A DNA stretch of 64,000 nt from a candidate division CPR2 bacterium GW2011_GWC2_39_35 (GCA_000995065.1 LBWX01000001.1:159563-223562), one strand, 5' to 3'; shown: positions 47,761 through 58,316, counted from the first letter of the stretch. Notes: generated by a model from the letters alone, not told the origin. Made by a program: numbers and translations.

Positions 47761-48390
47761 ATGTTCAAAAATAGAGTTGAGGCCGGCAAAGAACTGGCCT
47801 CTCATTTACTTAAATATAAAAGTGAAAATGGTATAGTCTTGGGGCTTCCTCGAGGTGGGGTAGTACCGGCCTGCAAAGTTGCCAAGGCTTTAAATTGGCC
47901 TTTAGATGTTTTTATTTCCCGAAAAATTACGGCTCCTCTTAATCCTGAATATGCCATTGGCGCCATAACCGAAAATGGCTTACTAGAATTAAACGACGAG
48001 TTAATTTCTGAATTGCCGGACATCGATGCGGAATATATCGCTCATGAGATTAAACATCAGAAAGAAGAAATAGCCCGCAGAAAGGAATTGTTTAGAAATG
48101 GGCGAGATCTACCAGATTTAAAGAAAAAAACCGTTATCTTGGTAGATGATGGCGTGGCTACCGGCTTTACTCTGCTTGCCGCCATCAACTCTCTTAGGAA
48201 GTTAGGAGCAAAAAAGATAATAGCCGCCGTTCCGATAGTTCCAAAGGAGATAAAAAAGGCTTTTAACGAAAAAGTCGATCAATTTATTGCCCTAAAAACG
48301 CCGGAAGTTTTTTTTGCTGTCGGGGAGTTTTATGAAGAATTTCCTCAAGTAGAAGATGAGGAAGTTATAAAAATCCTTCAAAAAAAATAA
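47761..48390 (+). CDS. Phosphoribosyltransferase-domain protein
   Basis: F.NR..AG..LA, LPRGGV, LVDDGVATG.T, F.AVG.FY..F.QV.D.EV. Confidence 0.9.
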   Translation: MFKNRVEAGKELASHLLKYKSENGIVLGLPRGGVVPACKVAKALNWPLDVFISRKITAPLNPEYAIGAITENGLLELNDELISELPDIDAEYIAHEIKHQKEEIARRKELFRNGRDLPDLKKKTVILVDDGVATGFTLLAAINSLRKLGAKKIIAAVPIVPKEIKKAFNEKVDQFIALKTPEVFFAVGEFYEEFPQVEDEEVIKILQKK

Positions 48391-48415
48391 ACGTTTTGCT
48401 AAGATGGTAATGCTT

Positions 48416-49564
48416 ATGAAAAAAATAACACCATCTTGGCTTATCTCGATATTTTTGATAATTGGCTGCCTCGCAGCCACAACTTTTCTTATAAAAAAAG
48501 AACTCACCAAACCAAATGCTTCTAAGCTAATGGGGTCTATTTCAGCCGAAGAACTAAAGGCTAAAATCGACCGTAAGGATTTTTTCTACCTAATTGACGG
48601 GAGAGGTACTACCGAATACACCTTGGAGCATATTCCCGGCGCCGTGAATATAACACCAAATGAGGTCCCCGAAAAAACAAAGGCTTTTACTAAAGACAGC
48701 GAGATTGTAGTATATTGCGAATTTAGATGCGGCATTGCTAAAGAGATAAAGGATAAACTAGCCAGTTTGGATTTTAATAACGTAAGAATTTATAATGAGG
48801 GTGTGCCCGGCTGGCAAGAAAAAGGCTACAAAACCGCAAAGGGTGACGAAAAAAGTCTCATAAATTTATCTGCCAGATATTCGACCGCGCCCTTAATACT
48901 TATCGCCGGACTTACGGACGGCATTAATCCTTGCGCTATCGGAATGCTTCTTTTTTTGTTGGGTTATTTAATTATCTTTGCCGAAAGGCCAGAAAAAAGC
49001 CTTGGCATCGGTGTTTCTTACATTGCGACTACTTACATAGCATATTTCCTCTTGGGACTAGTTTTGCTCAACTCCCTATATAGCATTACAGGATCAACCG
49101 GATTCACTTTAATCTCCAAACTGATCAACTTTTTAATTATTGGCATCCTTTTCGGAGCCGCCGTTATAAATATTAAAGATTATTTTGCTTACGGAAAGGG
49201 GCTTAGCCTTCAGATACCTAAATCAGTCAGGGGCAAGCTTCAAAAGGTGGTGGAAATGGCCACGATTCCCTCAACTATCATCTTAGCCTTTTTAGTCACT
49301 TTTTTTGAATCTCCCTGCTCGCTGCCGGTGTATGTTGGCACCTTAAAAATACTAAGAGAAACTTATTCTTCAGTTGAAGCATTAATATATCTGGGTCTTT
49401 ATAATTTTATGTTCGTTCTGCCGCTCATCATCCTCTTAATTGTAGTTTTAAGAGGCGAACAGATGGTTTTTATCAAGGAATGGGAACACAAGAATAAGAA
49501 AAAAATGAAGCTTGCTATGGGAATAGCACAGTTAATTATTGCCGGATGGATATTGGTGATGTAA
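48416..49564 (+). CDS. Rhodanese domain fused to a CcdA/DsbD-like membrane domain
   Basis: EY..EHIPGA, YCEFRC; TDGINPCAI and ESPCSLPVY in the TM region. Confidence 0.75.
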   Translation: MKKITPSWLISIFLIIGCLAATTFLIKKELTKPNASKLMGSISAEELKAKIDRKDFFYLIDGRGTTEYTLEHIPGAVNITPNEVPEKTKAFTKDSEIVVYCEFRCGIAKEIKDKLASLDFNNVRIYNEGVPGWQEKGYKTAKGDEKSLINLSARYSTAPLILIAGLTDGINPCAIGMLLFLLGYLIIFAERPEKSLGIGVSYIATTYIAYFLLGLVLLNSLYSITGSTGFTLISKLINFLIIGILFGAAVINIKDYFAYGKGLSLQIPKSVRGKLQKVVEMATIPSTIILAFLVTFFESPCSLPVYVGTLKILRETYSSVEALIYLGLYNFMFVLPLIILLIVVLRGEQMVFIKEWEHKNKKKMKLAMGIAQLIIAGWILVM

Positions 49565-49640
49565 TGGAAGGAAATTATTTTTCTGCTCTCCAGCCTAATA
49601 ATCTTGATTTGAAATCATCCTTATGCTAGCGTAAGACTAC

Positions 49641-50462
49641 ATGAAAAAAATCATCCGCAAGCTATTTATTCCTCATCCTAATAATCTTTTTAGGCCTCAT
49701 GCCATGAGACATAAGGCTATTTCTATTTACTCGATTGGCCTCATGCTTAGCCACTTAGCTTTTGGGATCGGATTTGATACTGTCTCGGTGTCAGCCCAGG
49801 TAGGAGAAAGCATGACTCATCAAATAGTATCTCTTACTAATTCGGAAAGGCAAAAAGTAAATTTGCCGGCACTAAAAGAAAACAGTCAACTCCAGGGAGC
49901 CGCTATCGCTCGAGCTAAGGATATGTTTGCCAAGGATTATTGGGATCATTTTGCTCCGGATGGAAAAGAGCCTTGGGAGGCCATCAAGGAAGCAGGCTAT
50001 AATTATTCTTACGCCGGAGAAAACTTGGCAAAAGGATTTTCAGATGCAAATTCGACCGTTAATGCCTGGATGAACAGCCAAACCCACAAGGATAATCTTT
50101 TAAACAGCAATTATGAAGATATTGGTATTGCCGTAGTCTCCGATAGTTTTAAGGGAAGAAATACCACAATTATCGTTCAGCTTTTTGCCGCGCCTTTTGA
50201 GAGGGGAGTAAAACCGGTAACCGTTCTTGGCGCCAAATCAGAGACAAAACAGCTAAATTTAGCCAGCATGACAAGCTCTCAAAATATTCCATATACTGCG
50301 GCCTGGGCTATGATCGCTTTAATGCTTTTAGCTGATGGCTGGATGCTTTACAAGCAGGGTCATCACAAAGACAAACATCATAGGTTCCACTTTGGTCTAG
50401 CTTCGATTCTGATGGCCGCCTTATTTAGCTTACTTACCGTACAAGTTTCAAATATACTTTAA
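49641..50462 (+). CDS. CAP/SCP-domain membrane protein
   Basis: TN.ER, Y.YAGENLA, WM.S..H..N. Confidence 0.9.
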   Translation: MKKIIRKLFIPHPNNLFRPHAMRHKAISIYSIGLMLSHLAFGIGFDTVSVSAQVGESMTHQIVSLTNSERQKVNLPALKENSQLQGAAIARAKDMFAKDYWDHFAPDGKEPWEAIKEAGYNYSYAGENLAKGFSDANSTVNAWMNSQTHKDNLLNSNYEDIGIAVVSDSFKGRNTTIIVQLFAAPFERGVKPVTVLGAKSETKQLNLASMTSSQNIPYTAAWAMIALMLLADGWMLYKQGHHKDKHHRFHFGLASILMAALFSLLTVQVSNIL

Positions 50463-50477
50463 ACTTTTGGAGGAAAA

Positions 50478-51428
50478 ATGCTCGATTTGGCAATAATTGG
50501 TACCGGACCGGCAGGACTGTCTGCTGCAATTTATGCTGCAAGATATCTAATTAATTTTAAAATCTATGGCCAAATACCCGGCGGTCAAATAAACGAAGCT
50601 CATTTAGTCGATAATTATCCCGGCATTCCGGGTGTTACAGGAGAAGAGCTGGTTACGAGGTTTAATGAACACCTTAAACACCTCGAGGTTAAAACAGAAA
50701 ACATCCTGATAAAAGGCATCAAAAAAGAAAATGGAATTTTTAACATCATCCTAGATTCAAGCGACCTCGAAAAGGCATCGGTTGAGGCTAAAAACATCCT
50801 CCTTACCATCGGAACGGAAAGAATAAAATTAGCCATCCCCGGCGAAGCCGAATTTATGGGGAAGGGCGTGTCGTACTGCGCTACTTGCGATGCTTTTTTT
50901 TATAGGCATAAGTCGGTTGCGGTAGTTGGCGGGTCCGATTCGGCGCTAACCTCCGCCTTATATCTTGCAGACGTTGCGAAGGAAGTTTATCTTATTTACA
51001 GAGGAAAAGACCTTAAAGCTATGCCCGTCTGGATCGAAAAAGCCAAAGCCAACTCGAAAATCAAAATTGTTTTGGAAAGAAACATAACTAAGGTAAGCGG
51101 CACAAATTTTGTAGAAGAGATAGAGCTTGACAAAGAATTTGATGGCGAAAAGAACCTCAAGGTTGACGGCGTGTTTGTAGAAATCGGTACCACCCCGAAC
51201 GTCGCCCTTATTAAATCCTTGGAGATTAAGACTGATGATAGAGGGTTTATCGAAACCGACACCGCCCAAAAAACAAACGTTCCCGGCGTTTGGGCGGCAG
51301 GAGATATTACCACCGGATCAAATAAATTTAGACAGATTGTAACAGCGGCATCAGAGGGAGCCGTCGCGGTTCACGATATATACAAGAATCTTAAAGCAGC
51401 GGAAAAAGAAACTGGGAAATTAGGCTAG
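50478..51428 (+). CDS. trxB: Thioredoxin reductase
   Basis: GTGPAG, GVSYCATCD, GGSDSA, AAGD. Confidence 0.92.
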   Translation: MLDLAIIGTGPAGLSAAIYAARYLINFKIYGQIPGGQINEAHLVDNYPGIPGVTGEELVTRFNEHLKHLEVKTENILIKGIKKENGIFNIILDSSDLEKASVEAKNILLTIGTERIKLAIPGEAEFMGKGVSYCATCDAFFYRHKSVAVVGGSDSALTSALYLADVAKEVYLIYRGKDLKAMPVWIEKAKANSKIKIVLERNITKVSGTNFVEEIELDKEFDGEKNLKVDGVFVEIGTTPNVALIKSLEIKTDDRGFIETDTAQKTNVPGVWAAGDITTGSNKFRQIVTAASEGAVAVHDIYKNLKAAEKETGKLG

Positions 51429-51550
51429 CAGAGCAAAAAGGCTTGACAAGGAATTCAGGTTCGATAGAATTTTAAGCGTAAATGGCTTGACTTCATAAGA
51501 AGCAAGCGTTATGTTAATAAAAAATTTATCCCGAAAGGAGGTGAAGACAA

Positions 51551-51694
51551 ATGGCAACAGTAGGTTATTGCGTAAAGTGTAAAGCTAAGCAAGAAATGAA
51601 AGACGAAGAGAAGGTTACCCTAAAAAACGGTAAGCCTGCAACCAAGGGCACTTGTCCTGTTTGCGGCACCAAAATGTTTAAAATTGGTGGCTAG
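51551..51694 (+). CDS. DUF5679 Zn-ribbon small protein (47 aa)
   Basis: YCVKCK...MK......KNG....KG.CPVCGTKMFKI; AAAGGAGGTG SD; not in the ORF track. Confidence 0.85.
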   Translation: MATVGYCVKCKAKQEMKDEEKVTLKNGKPATKGTCPVCGTKMFKIGG

Positions 51695-51794
51695 TAGTTA
51701 AAAGTTTGAGGGGGATTTTAAATAGCCCCGAGCCCGCAGTCCCAAGGATCGTCCGAAGGATTCAGGTTCGGGACTATTTTTATCTCAGAAATTA

Positions 51795-51903
51795 CGAATG
51801 TCAAAGCTCAAATGTCAAATGAAATCCAAAGAACAAAGGTCAAAAATTAAACATTAGTTATTTATCATTGATTTGTCATTCGAACTTTGAATTTTGACAT
51901 TCG
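51795..51903. repeat. Inverted array of degenerate heptamers
   Basis: CGAATGTCAAA/TTTGACATTCG ends with ~7-nt periodic TCAAA/CAAA units. Confidence 0.65.
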
Positions 51904-51978
51904 CAACGTGCTGATAAACCATTATTTCGTTGAAAACCGTATGATTTTATGATAAAATTTTCACGTCATGGAGACTAT

Positions 51979-52054
51979 GGCCCCATCGTCTAGAGGTCTA
52001 GGACGCCACCCTCTCAAGGTGGTAACACGGGTTCGAATCCCGTTGGGGCTGCCA
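51979..52054 (+). tRNA. tRNA-Glu(CTC)
   Basis: GGCCCCA/TGGGGCT acceptor, CCACC-CTCTCAA-GGTGG anticodon arm, GTTCGAATC, CCA. Confidence 0.97.
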
Positions 52055-52249
52055 GAGAAAAATCAAAAATCTTTAATGATAGCTTTTGACTAATAGCATG
52101 ATGACTCTTTAAGAGCCGTTTTTTATTTTAAATACTTCGGATTATCAATCTGAGTAATAATAAGAACAAGACTAAATGAAAACCGGCTTTGAGTTTATGG
52201 CTCGCTGCCGGTTCCTTTTTCGCTATTCACTTTGATAGATGTCTCTGGA

Positions 52250-53704
52250 CTAAGACGGATAAAGAAACCGTCTTGTTGTCCTCATGGCTTTGGAGATGAT
52301 CAATCCAAAACTATCACGCTGATTGTAAAATCCAACTGGTGGATTCACGCTAGGTATGCTCTTGGATTGCTCGTAGAGCTTCTTATACACTGGGTTCACA
52401 GCTCCGAGCACTCCGATGGAGTTGTATAATGAAGGCAAATACTTTCTCGATCTACTAATTCGTTGTAATATTGCCTTCTTGCTGTAAACTCGATCCCCAA
52501 GCCATTGATATCCTTCCAAAAGCGCATCAAGAGTCATCCCTTTTGGATAATGCGTTGGGCGCACGATGTCGTAACACTCCCAACGGTTTTCCATGCCGGA
52601 AATCAGACGCCCTTCAGCCTCTATGTTGGCTCGCAGTTTGGAGCCTGGATAAGCCGTGGCTACTGTAAGTTGAGGGATATCTGCGTTTGTTTCTCGAATA
52701 AACCTATCCACCAGCTCGAAGATGTCATCCTTCTGGTCATCTAGCCCCGAGATAAAACAGGCCACAGTTGCAATGCCGCGACTATGAAGCTTCTCGATTA
52801 CATAACCATAGTAATCATACAGGCTTGAAAAGCCGTGATTTTTTGCTTTCTTCAAGTCTGTCCCATCACCTGTAAGCGTCTCGAAGCCCATTAGAAGAGC
52901 CACACAGCCGCTTTTGGGGAGTAATTCCATTAGCTCTTGATCATGAACCACACCCACCGAGCTTTGTGCAAACCATTTTTTGTTCAATGGCACTAATGCA
53001 CGGCAAACATCTTTGGCATATCCTGGACCAGCCGCCATAATATCGTTTGCCGACAAAAAAGCAAATCTGGACGGCAATTCCCGGAATTCCTGGGCCAGAA
53101 GCTCAGGACTTCTTCTGTGTACCCTGTCGCCAAAAACTATGTTGGCAGTGCAAAAGTCGCAGTCGAAAGCGCAACCATGAATATGCTCCAACGAATGCGT
53201 GTTATTGTACTTGTTCCGCTGAAGCAAATCGTAAGCCGGCCTTGGCAGCTCATCAAGGTCGGTTCTGCCAACCCTCTCATAGACATCCTTAAGCTTTCCT
53301 TTGGCAAGATCTGCCATTAGCTGCGGCAAAGTTGGCTCAATTTCACCGATTACCACCGCACCATACGATGACGCTTCTTCCGGCATGACTGTCGGATGCA
53401 CACCACCTAATACCACCTTAACACCTCGAATGGCAAATTTCTGTGCCAGAACATATGCCCGCGCCGCTTCGTAAGTCATGCAAGAGATAAAGACGACATC
53501 AGGAAGTTCTTTAAAGGAAATCTCTTCGACATTCTCGTCGACGATTCTCACATCTACCTCTAAAATATCCTGGCTTCTTACAGCCCCAGCCACAACCGCG
53601 GGCGTCGATGGCAACATATACTTTCTACCAAACAGATTGATACTGCCTTGATTACTCCAAGGCTTTATGACCCAAACAATCATTTTCCTAATCAATAAAC
53701 CCAC
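52250..53704 (-). CDS. B12-binding-domain radical SAM protein
   Basis: LGGVHPT, GCAFDCDFC, GFET, YPGS; start uncertain. Confidence 0.9.
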   Translation of the reverse strand: MGLLIRKMIVWVIKPWSNQGSINLFGRKYMLPSTPAVVAGAVRSQDILEVDVRIVDENVEEISFKELPDVVFISCMTYEAARAYVLAQKFAIRGVKVVLGGVHPTVMPEEASSYGAVVIGEIEPTLPQLMADLAKGKLKDVYERVGRTDLDELPRPAYDLLQRNKYNNTHSLEHIHGCAFDCDFCTANIVFGDRVHRRSPELLAQEFRELPSRFAFLSANDIMAAGPGYAKDVCRALVPLNKKWFAQSSVGVVHDQELMELLPKSGCVALLMGFETLTGDGTDLKKAKNHGFSSLYDYYGYVIEKLHSRGIATVACFISGLDDQKDDIFELVDRFIRETNADIPQLTVATAYPGSKLRANIEAEGRLISGMENRWECYDIVRPTHYPKGMTLDALLEGYQWLGDRVYSKKAILQRISRSRKYLPSLYNSIGVLGAVNPVYKKLYEQSKSIPSVNPPVGFYNQRDSFGLIISKAMRTTRRFLYPS

Positions 53705-53950
53705 CTCCGAAGATTTTCCAATGTTTATAATTTTGCGTCTATCTTAAAAATGCTATCTATCATTAAGCATTTAATATAAATTATCCAAAGAACTTACCTT
53801 TAAAACGTCGACTTATTGTAACACAATTTAGGAATTAGTCTAGAATCTGCGTCACAACTGACGTTTGATTACCGACAGTCTTTACAGGCATGTGGAAGAC
53901 CCGTTTTCCAGATGCCAGTAATTTCTTTTGTTTTTTAATTTTGCCCAAAA

Positions 53951-53976
53951 CAAAAAAGCCCGATCGGGGTTTTTTG
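53951..53976. terminator. Bidirectional terminator-like hairpin
   Basis: CAAAAAAGCCC-GATC-GGGGTTTTTTG. Confidence 0.55.
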
Positions 53977-54048
53977 TTTATTTGCCTCGTGAAATACCTT
54001 TTTATCTGAGCTAAACTATCATCATAAACCAAACTATAAAAAGAGGAG

Positions 54049-54282
54049 GTGAATGAAGTGGGAAAGTTAAATTGGCTCGATTGGCTTGCATATACGTTAG
54101 TTATTGTCGGCGCCATTAACTGGGGCTTAATCGGGTTTTTTGGCTTCGATTTGGTGGCGGCAATCTTTGGCGGAGGCGCGACAAATACGTTTTCGGTCCT
54201 TCCAAGGGTAATATATGCTGTTGTCGGTCTTGCCGGACTTTACTTAATTTATGTATTATTCGTAAAAGAGACGGCAAGGTAA
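54049..54282 (+). CDS. DUF378 membrane protein
   Basis: LVIVGAINWGLIG.F.FDLV..IFG...RVIY.VVGL. Confidence 0.9.
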   Translation: MNEVGKLNWLDWLAYTLVIVGAINWGLIGFFGFDLVAAIFGGGATNTFSVLPRVIYAVVGLAGLYLIYVLFVKETAR

Positions 54283-54285
54283 AAT

Positions 54286-56622
54286 ATGGCCGAGACTTTT
54301 TTCCAAAGACTTGTTAAAAAAGAAGAAAAAAAGCTTCCCATTATACCAGTTAAAGATATGGTGCTATTTGCTCATGTCATAACACCGATATTTTTTGAGA
54401 GAGAAAATTCCAAGATAGCGGTTAACACAGCCATGAAAAGCAATCATCAAGTTATAATACTCACTCAAAGAGACAAAAACATTCTCGACCCGGAGCCAAA
54501 AGACCTTTACGAAGTAGGGACGCTAGCCAATATTGCTCAGGTAAGACAATTACCTGAGGGGTTTTTAGTTGTCGTTGCCGACGGGATATCTACCGTTAGG
54601 GTAAAAAGGATAAATCCCGGAGATCATTTTCTTAAGGGCACATTTGAGGAGCTGAAAGAAACGTACAATCCATCCAGGCAAAACGATGCTTTATTTAGGT
54701 CGGTAATAGATCAGTTTAAGCAGGTAATACAGCTGGGAAAAACCGTTGCCTTAGAGGGTTTGGTCTCTCTATTCGATCTCTCCGACCCGATTAGGACTAC
54801 AAATGTTATTACCTTTGCCCTGGATATCACCACCAAGGATAAACAAAAGTTGTTGGAAATGACAGATATCGCAAGCAGGCTCGAGTTGCTTTCCACTTAT
54901 TTAGCCAAAGAAATTGCCGTCCTCCAAACATCGCAAAGAATACAGCACCGCACAAGCGAGGAGATAGGTAAAATGCAAAGAGAGGTTTACTTAAGAGAGC
55001 AGCTTAGATCTATCGAGAAAGAACTCGGCATCAGCGAAGAAAATGGGGGACTTGCGGAGGTTAAGAAAAAGATTGAGGATGCAAGGATGCCGGATTATGC
55101 TTTTAAAACCGCCCTCGCCGAATACGACCGGCTTAAAAAAATGCCAGCTTTTTCGCCTGAAGTTTCTTGGATTAGAACATACCTCGATTGGCTAACGGAT
55201 CTGCCCTGGTCTAATAAATCCTCCGACAGAATAGACCTTAAACAAGCCGAGGCTATCTTAAACGAAGACCATTACGGCCTCGAGAAAGTAAAGCAGATGG
55301 TCTTAGAATACCTGGCCGTCATCAAGCTGGTTGGCAAGATAAGAGGTCCCATATTGTTATTCGTCGGGCCGCCCGGAACGGGCAAAACTTCGATCGGCCA
55401 ATCCATTGCAAGAGCCATGAACCGAAAATTTACCCGAATGTCTCTGGGTGGCATCCGCGACGAAGCCGAAATAAAAGGCTTTAGAAGAACTTATGTGGGC
55501 GCACAACCCGGAAGAATCATTCAGGGCATTAAATCGGCCGGAACCAAAAATCCGGTATTCATGTTAGATGAGATTGATAAAGTAGGAGTTGATTTTAGAG
55601 GTGATCCATCAGCAGCCTTATTAGAAGCCTTGGACCCGGCCCAAAACAATAATTTTCAAGACCATTACATCGAAATTCCCTTTGATCTTTCGGACACCAT
55701 GTTTATTACAACTGCCAATATTTTAGATACCATTCCACCCCCCTTAAGAGACAGGATGGAGATGATTCCTTTTTCGGGCTATACAGTTAAAGAGAAGCTG
55801 GAGATTGCCAAACGTTATTTGATTCCAAAACTCGAAAACACACATGGCTTTAAAAAAAATGACATTGCTTTTCCAGACTCCGTTATTAAAAAGATCATAA
55901 ATGCTTATACCAAAGAAGCCGGCGTTAGAAATTTAGAAAGAGAAATCGCTTCTATTTTTAGAAAAGTTGCCAGAAAAATTGCAGAAAATAGCAAGAAGCC
56001 GCCATTCGAACTAAATGAGAAAAATTTAGAGAAGCACTTGGGGGCGCCAAGGTTTCATACCGATATTAAAGAAAGAAAGGATGAAACCGGAGTAACGCCG
56101 GCATTGGCCTGGAGCGAAACCGGAGGAGTAGTGTTATTTGTTGAAGCCCAGCCGGTGGAAGGAAAGGGGCATCTAATTCTTACCGGAAAACTTGGCGACG
56201 TTATGAAAGAATCGGCGGAAGCCGCTCTAACCTACGCTAGAGCTCACGCTAAAGAATACGGTTACGAACCGAGTTTTTATGAGAAAGCGGATATTCATAT
56301 TCATGTACCAGAAGGAGCAATCCCAAAAGACGGGCCTTCGGCTGGAATCGCCATTGCAACAGCGATAATTTCCGCCTTATCAAAAAGAGCAGTAAAAAAA
56401 GAAGTGGGAATGACGGGAGAGATAACACTTAGAGGCAGAGTTCTACCAATCGGCGGAGTTAAAGAAAAAGTTTTAGCCGGCGAAACTATGGGACTTAAAA
56501 CAATTATCTTACCCAAAGAAAACATGCGAGATATAGACGAAGTTCCCGAAGAAGTAAAGCAAAAACTAAACTTTATCTTTGTTGATGAAATGCGGGAAGT
56601 GCTTAAAGAAGCGTTAAGATAG
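54286..56622 (+). CDS. lon: Lon protease
   Basis: DHYGL, GPPGTGKT, LDEIDK, PKDGPSAG, IGGVKEK. Confidence 0.97.
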   Translation: MAETFFQRLVKKEEKKLPIIPVKDMVLFAHVITPIFFERENSKIAVNTAMKSNHQVIILTQRDKNILDPEPKDLYEVGTLANIAQVRQLPEGFLVVVADGISTVRVKRINPGDHFLKGTFEELKETYNPSRQNDALFRSVIDQFKQVIQLGKTVALEGLVSLFDLSDPIRTTNVITFALDITTKDKQKLLEMTDIASRLELLSTYLAKEIAVLQTSQRIQHRTSEEIGKMQREVYLREQLRSIEKELGISEENGGLAEVKKKIEDARMPDYAFKTALAEYDRLKKMPAFSPEVSWIRTYLDWLTDLPWSNKSSDRIDLKQAEAILNEDHYGLEKVKQMVLEYLAVIKLVGKIRGPILLFVGPPGTGKTSIGQSIARAMNRKFTRMSLGGIRDEAEIKGFRRTYVGAQPGRIIQGIKSAGTKNPVFMLDEIDKVGVDFRGDPSAALLEALDPAQNNNFQDHYIEIPFDLSDTMFITTANILDTIPPPLRDRMEMIPFSGYTVKEKLEIAKRYLIPKLENTHGFKKNDIAFPDSVIKKIINAYTKEAGVRNLEREIASIFRKVARKIAENSKKPPFELNEKNLEKHLGAPRFHTDIKERKDETGVTPALAWSETGGVVLFVEAQPVEGKGHLILTGKLGDVMKESAEAALTYARAHAKEYGYEPSFYEKADIHIHVPEGAIPKDGPSAGIAIATAIISALSKRAVKKEVGMTGEITLRGRVLPIGGVKEKVLAGETMGLKTIILPKENMRDIDEVPEEVKQKLNFIFVDEMREVLKEALR

Positions 56623-56669
56623 AATTTATTCCACTTGCTAATCCCAAAGCCATTGATTAAAATGGGTCT

Positions 56670-58316
56670 GTGGACGATGCGAATTTCAAACTTATGCGAA
56701 TATTATCAATGGTCGGCGGTTTAGTAGTAATCTTTACTTACACCCTCATTTATTTTGCATACCCGGAATCAGATTCAACCCCTTATTTAATAATTTATAT
56801 TGTCACTTTAGCTCTGACTCTATATAATATTGCTCTTGCCGGGATCTTTAAGAAAAATAGCAATAGACTGTTTCTTAGAACAGAAGTGGCACTATACGGC
56901 ATAATTGGATTTTTGTTTCTTGATTTGACTGGAGGCATAGGCAGTCCTTATCTATTTATAGTTTATTTTGCCATAGTTTTTGCATTTCTAAATTCTCGAA
57001 TTTCCGGCTATCTCACTGCCGGATCCACTGTTTTCTATCTGATTTTTATTTCATTAATTGAAAACCAGCCCATTTCCGTAAACAACGTAAAAATAGTTAT
57101 CCCGCAAATTGTCGGCATCGGTTTTGCTTCTGTAATTTCTTCTTATTATGGCGGCTTCCTAAAGAATACATTAAGCGAGAAGTCTCAGATGCAAGGCATG
57201 GTTCAAAAATTAACGGCCGATAAAAGTAAAGATGATGCGATACTTTCCTGTATGGCAGATGGTGTTTATGCAGTAGATGAAGATCGAAAAATTATAATTT
57301 TTAATAAAGCTGCAGAAGACTTAACCGGTTGGAAAGCAGAAGACGCAATCGGTCTAAACTGCTCGACGGTTATGAAATTAAAAGATGACCAGGATCTGAA
57401 CATCTGCGAAAAAAGCTGTCCGATGCTTATATCTTGGAGCAGCGGTGAAAGTGTCGTAAAAAACGATATGTGCTTTATTAATAAATACAAAAAGACTATT
57501 CAAGTTTCAGGCTCATATGCACCAATAAAAAACCTCTCCGGCAATACAACTGGCGGCCTATGCGTTTTTAGAGACGTTACAAAACAAAAGCAATTAGAGC
57601 GACAAAAAGATGAATTTATATCTACGGCCTCTCACGAAATGAGAACTCCGTTAACGGCCATGGAGGGCTATATCGATCTTGCCACGAACCCAAAAATTGC
57701 TAAAATTGACGAAAAAGCTAAAGAATACCTTGATAAGGCCCACTCTCAGGTATTGGGCATGTCCAGACTCATGAAAGACCTTTTAAATATCTCAAAAATA
57801 GAAGAAGGCAAGTTCGAATTAAGCAAACAATCCTTTGAGATTAAAGATTTAATTTCTTCAGTCATCGAGACACTTAACAAGATGGCAACAGAAAAGGGTT
57901 TAAAATTAAAATTTAACGAATCCAATATTAGTTTTGCCGGAAAAAAGGCGATAGGAGTTTCTACAAAAATAATGGCAGATCCCGACAAAGCACGCGAGGT
58001 TTTAAATAACTTGACCGAAAACGCTATCAAATATACTAAGGAAGGACACATAGAAGTATCGGTAACTTATGACCAAGATTTTGCCACCATTTGCGTAGCT
58101 GACACTGGAATCGGTATTTCGCCCGACGACCAAAAACATATTTTCCAAAAATTTTATCAAGTCGCCGACTACGAAACTAGAGAAGTGGGTGGCACCGGTC
58201 TTGGTTTGTATATCACCAGATCGATGGTCGAAATGAACGGCGGGAAAATATGGGTAGAAAGCAAAAAAGGCCAGGGCTCAAAATTTTTCTTTACAATCCC
58301 TAGGTCAATTGATTAA
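56670..58316 (+). CDS. Membrane PAS histidine kinase
   Basis: ASHEMRTP, NAIKY, DTGIG, GGTGLGL. Confidence 0.93.
   Translation: MDDANFKLMRILSMVGGLVVIFTYTLIYFAYPESDSTPYLIIYIVTLALTLYNIALAGIFKKNSNRLFLRTEVALYGIIGFLFLDLTGGIGSPYLFIVYFAIVFAFLNSRISGYLTAGSTVFYLIFISLIENQPISVNNVKIVIPQIVGIGFASVISSYYGGFLKNTLSEKSQMQGMVQKLTADKSKDDAILSCMADGVYAVDEDRKIIIFNKAAEDLTGWKAEDAIGLNCSTVMKLKDDQDLNICEKSCPMLISWSSGESVVKNDMCFINKYKKTIQVSGSYAPIKNLSGNTTGGLCVFRDVTKQKQLERQKDEFISTASHEMRTPLTAMEGYIDLATNPKIAKIDEKAKEYLDKAHSQVLGMSRLMKDLLNISKIEEGKFELSKQSFEIKDLISSVIETLNKMATEKGLKLKFNESNISFAGKKAIGVSTKIMADPDKAREVLNNLTENAIKYTKEGHIEVSVTYDQDFATICVADTGIGISPDDQKHIFQKFYQVADYETREVGGTGLGLYITRSMVEMNGGKIWVESKKGQGSKFFFTIPRSID

Noticed and set aside
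53830-53976. Possible riboswitch upstream of the radical SAM gene
   Set aside because: Hairpins are present, but no cobalamin, SAM or c-di-GMP consensus was recognised
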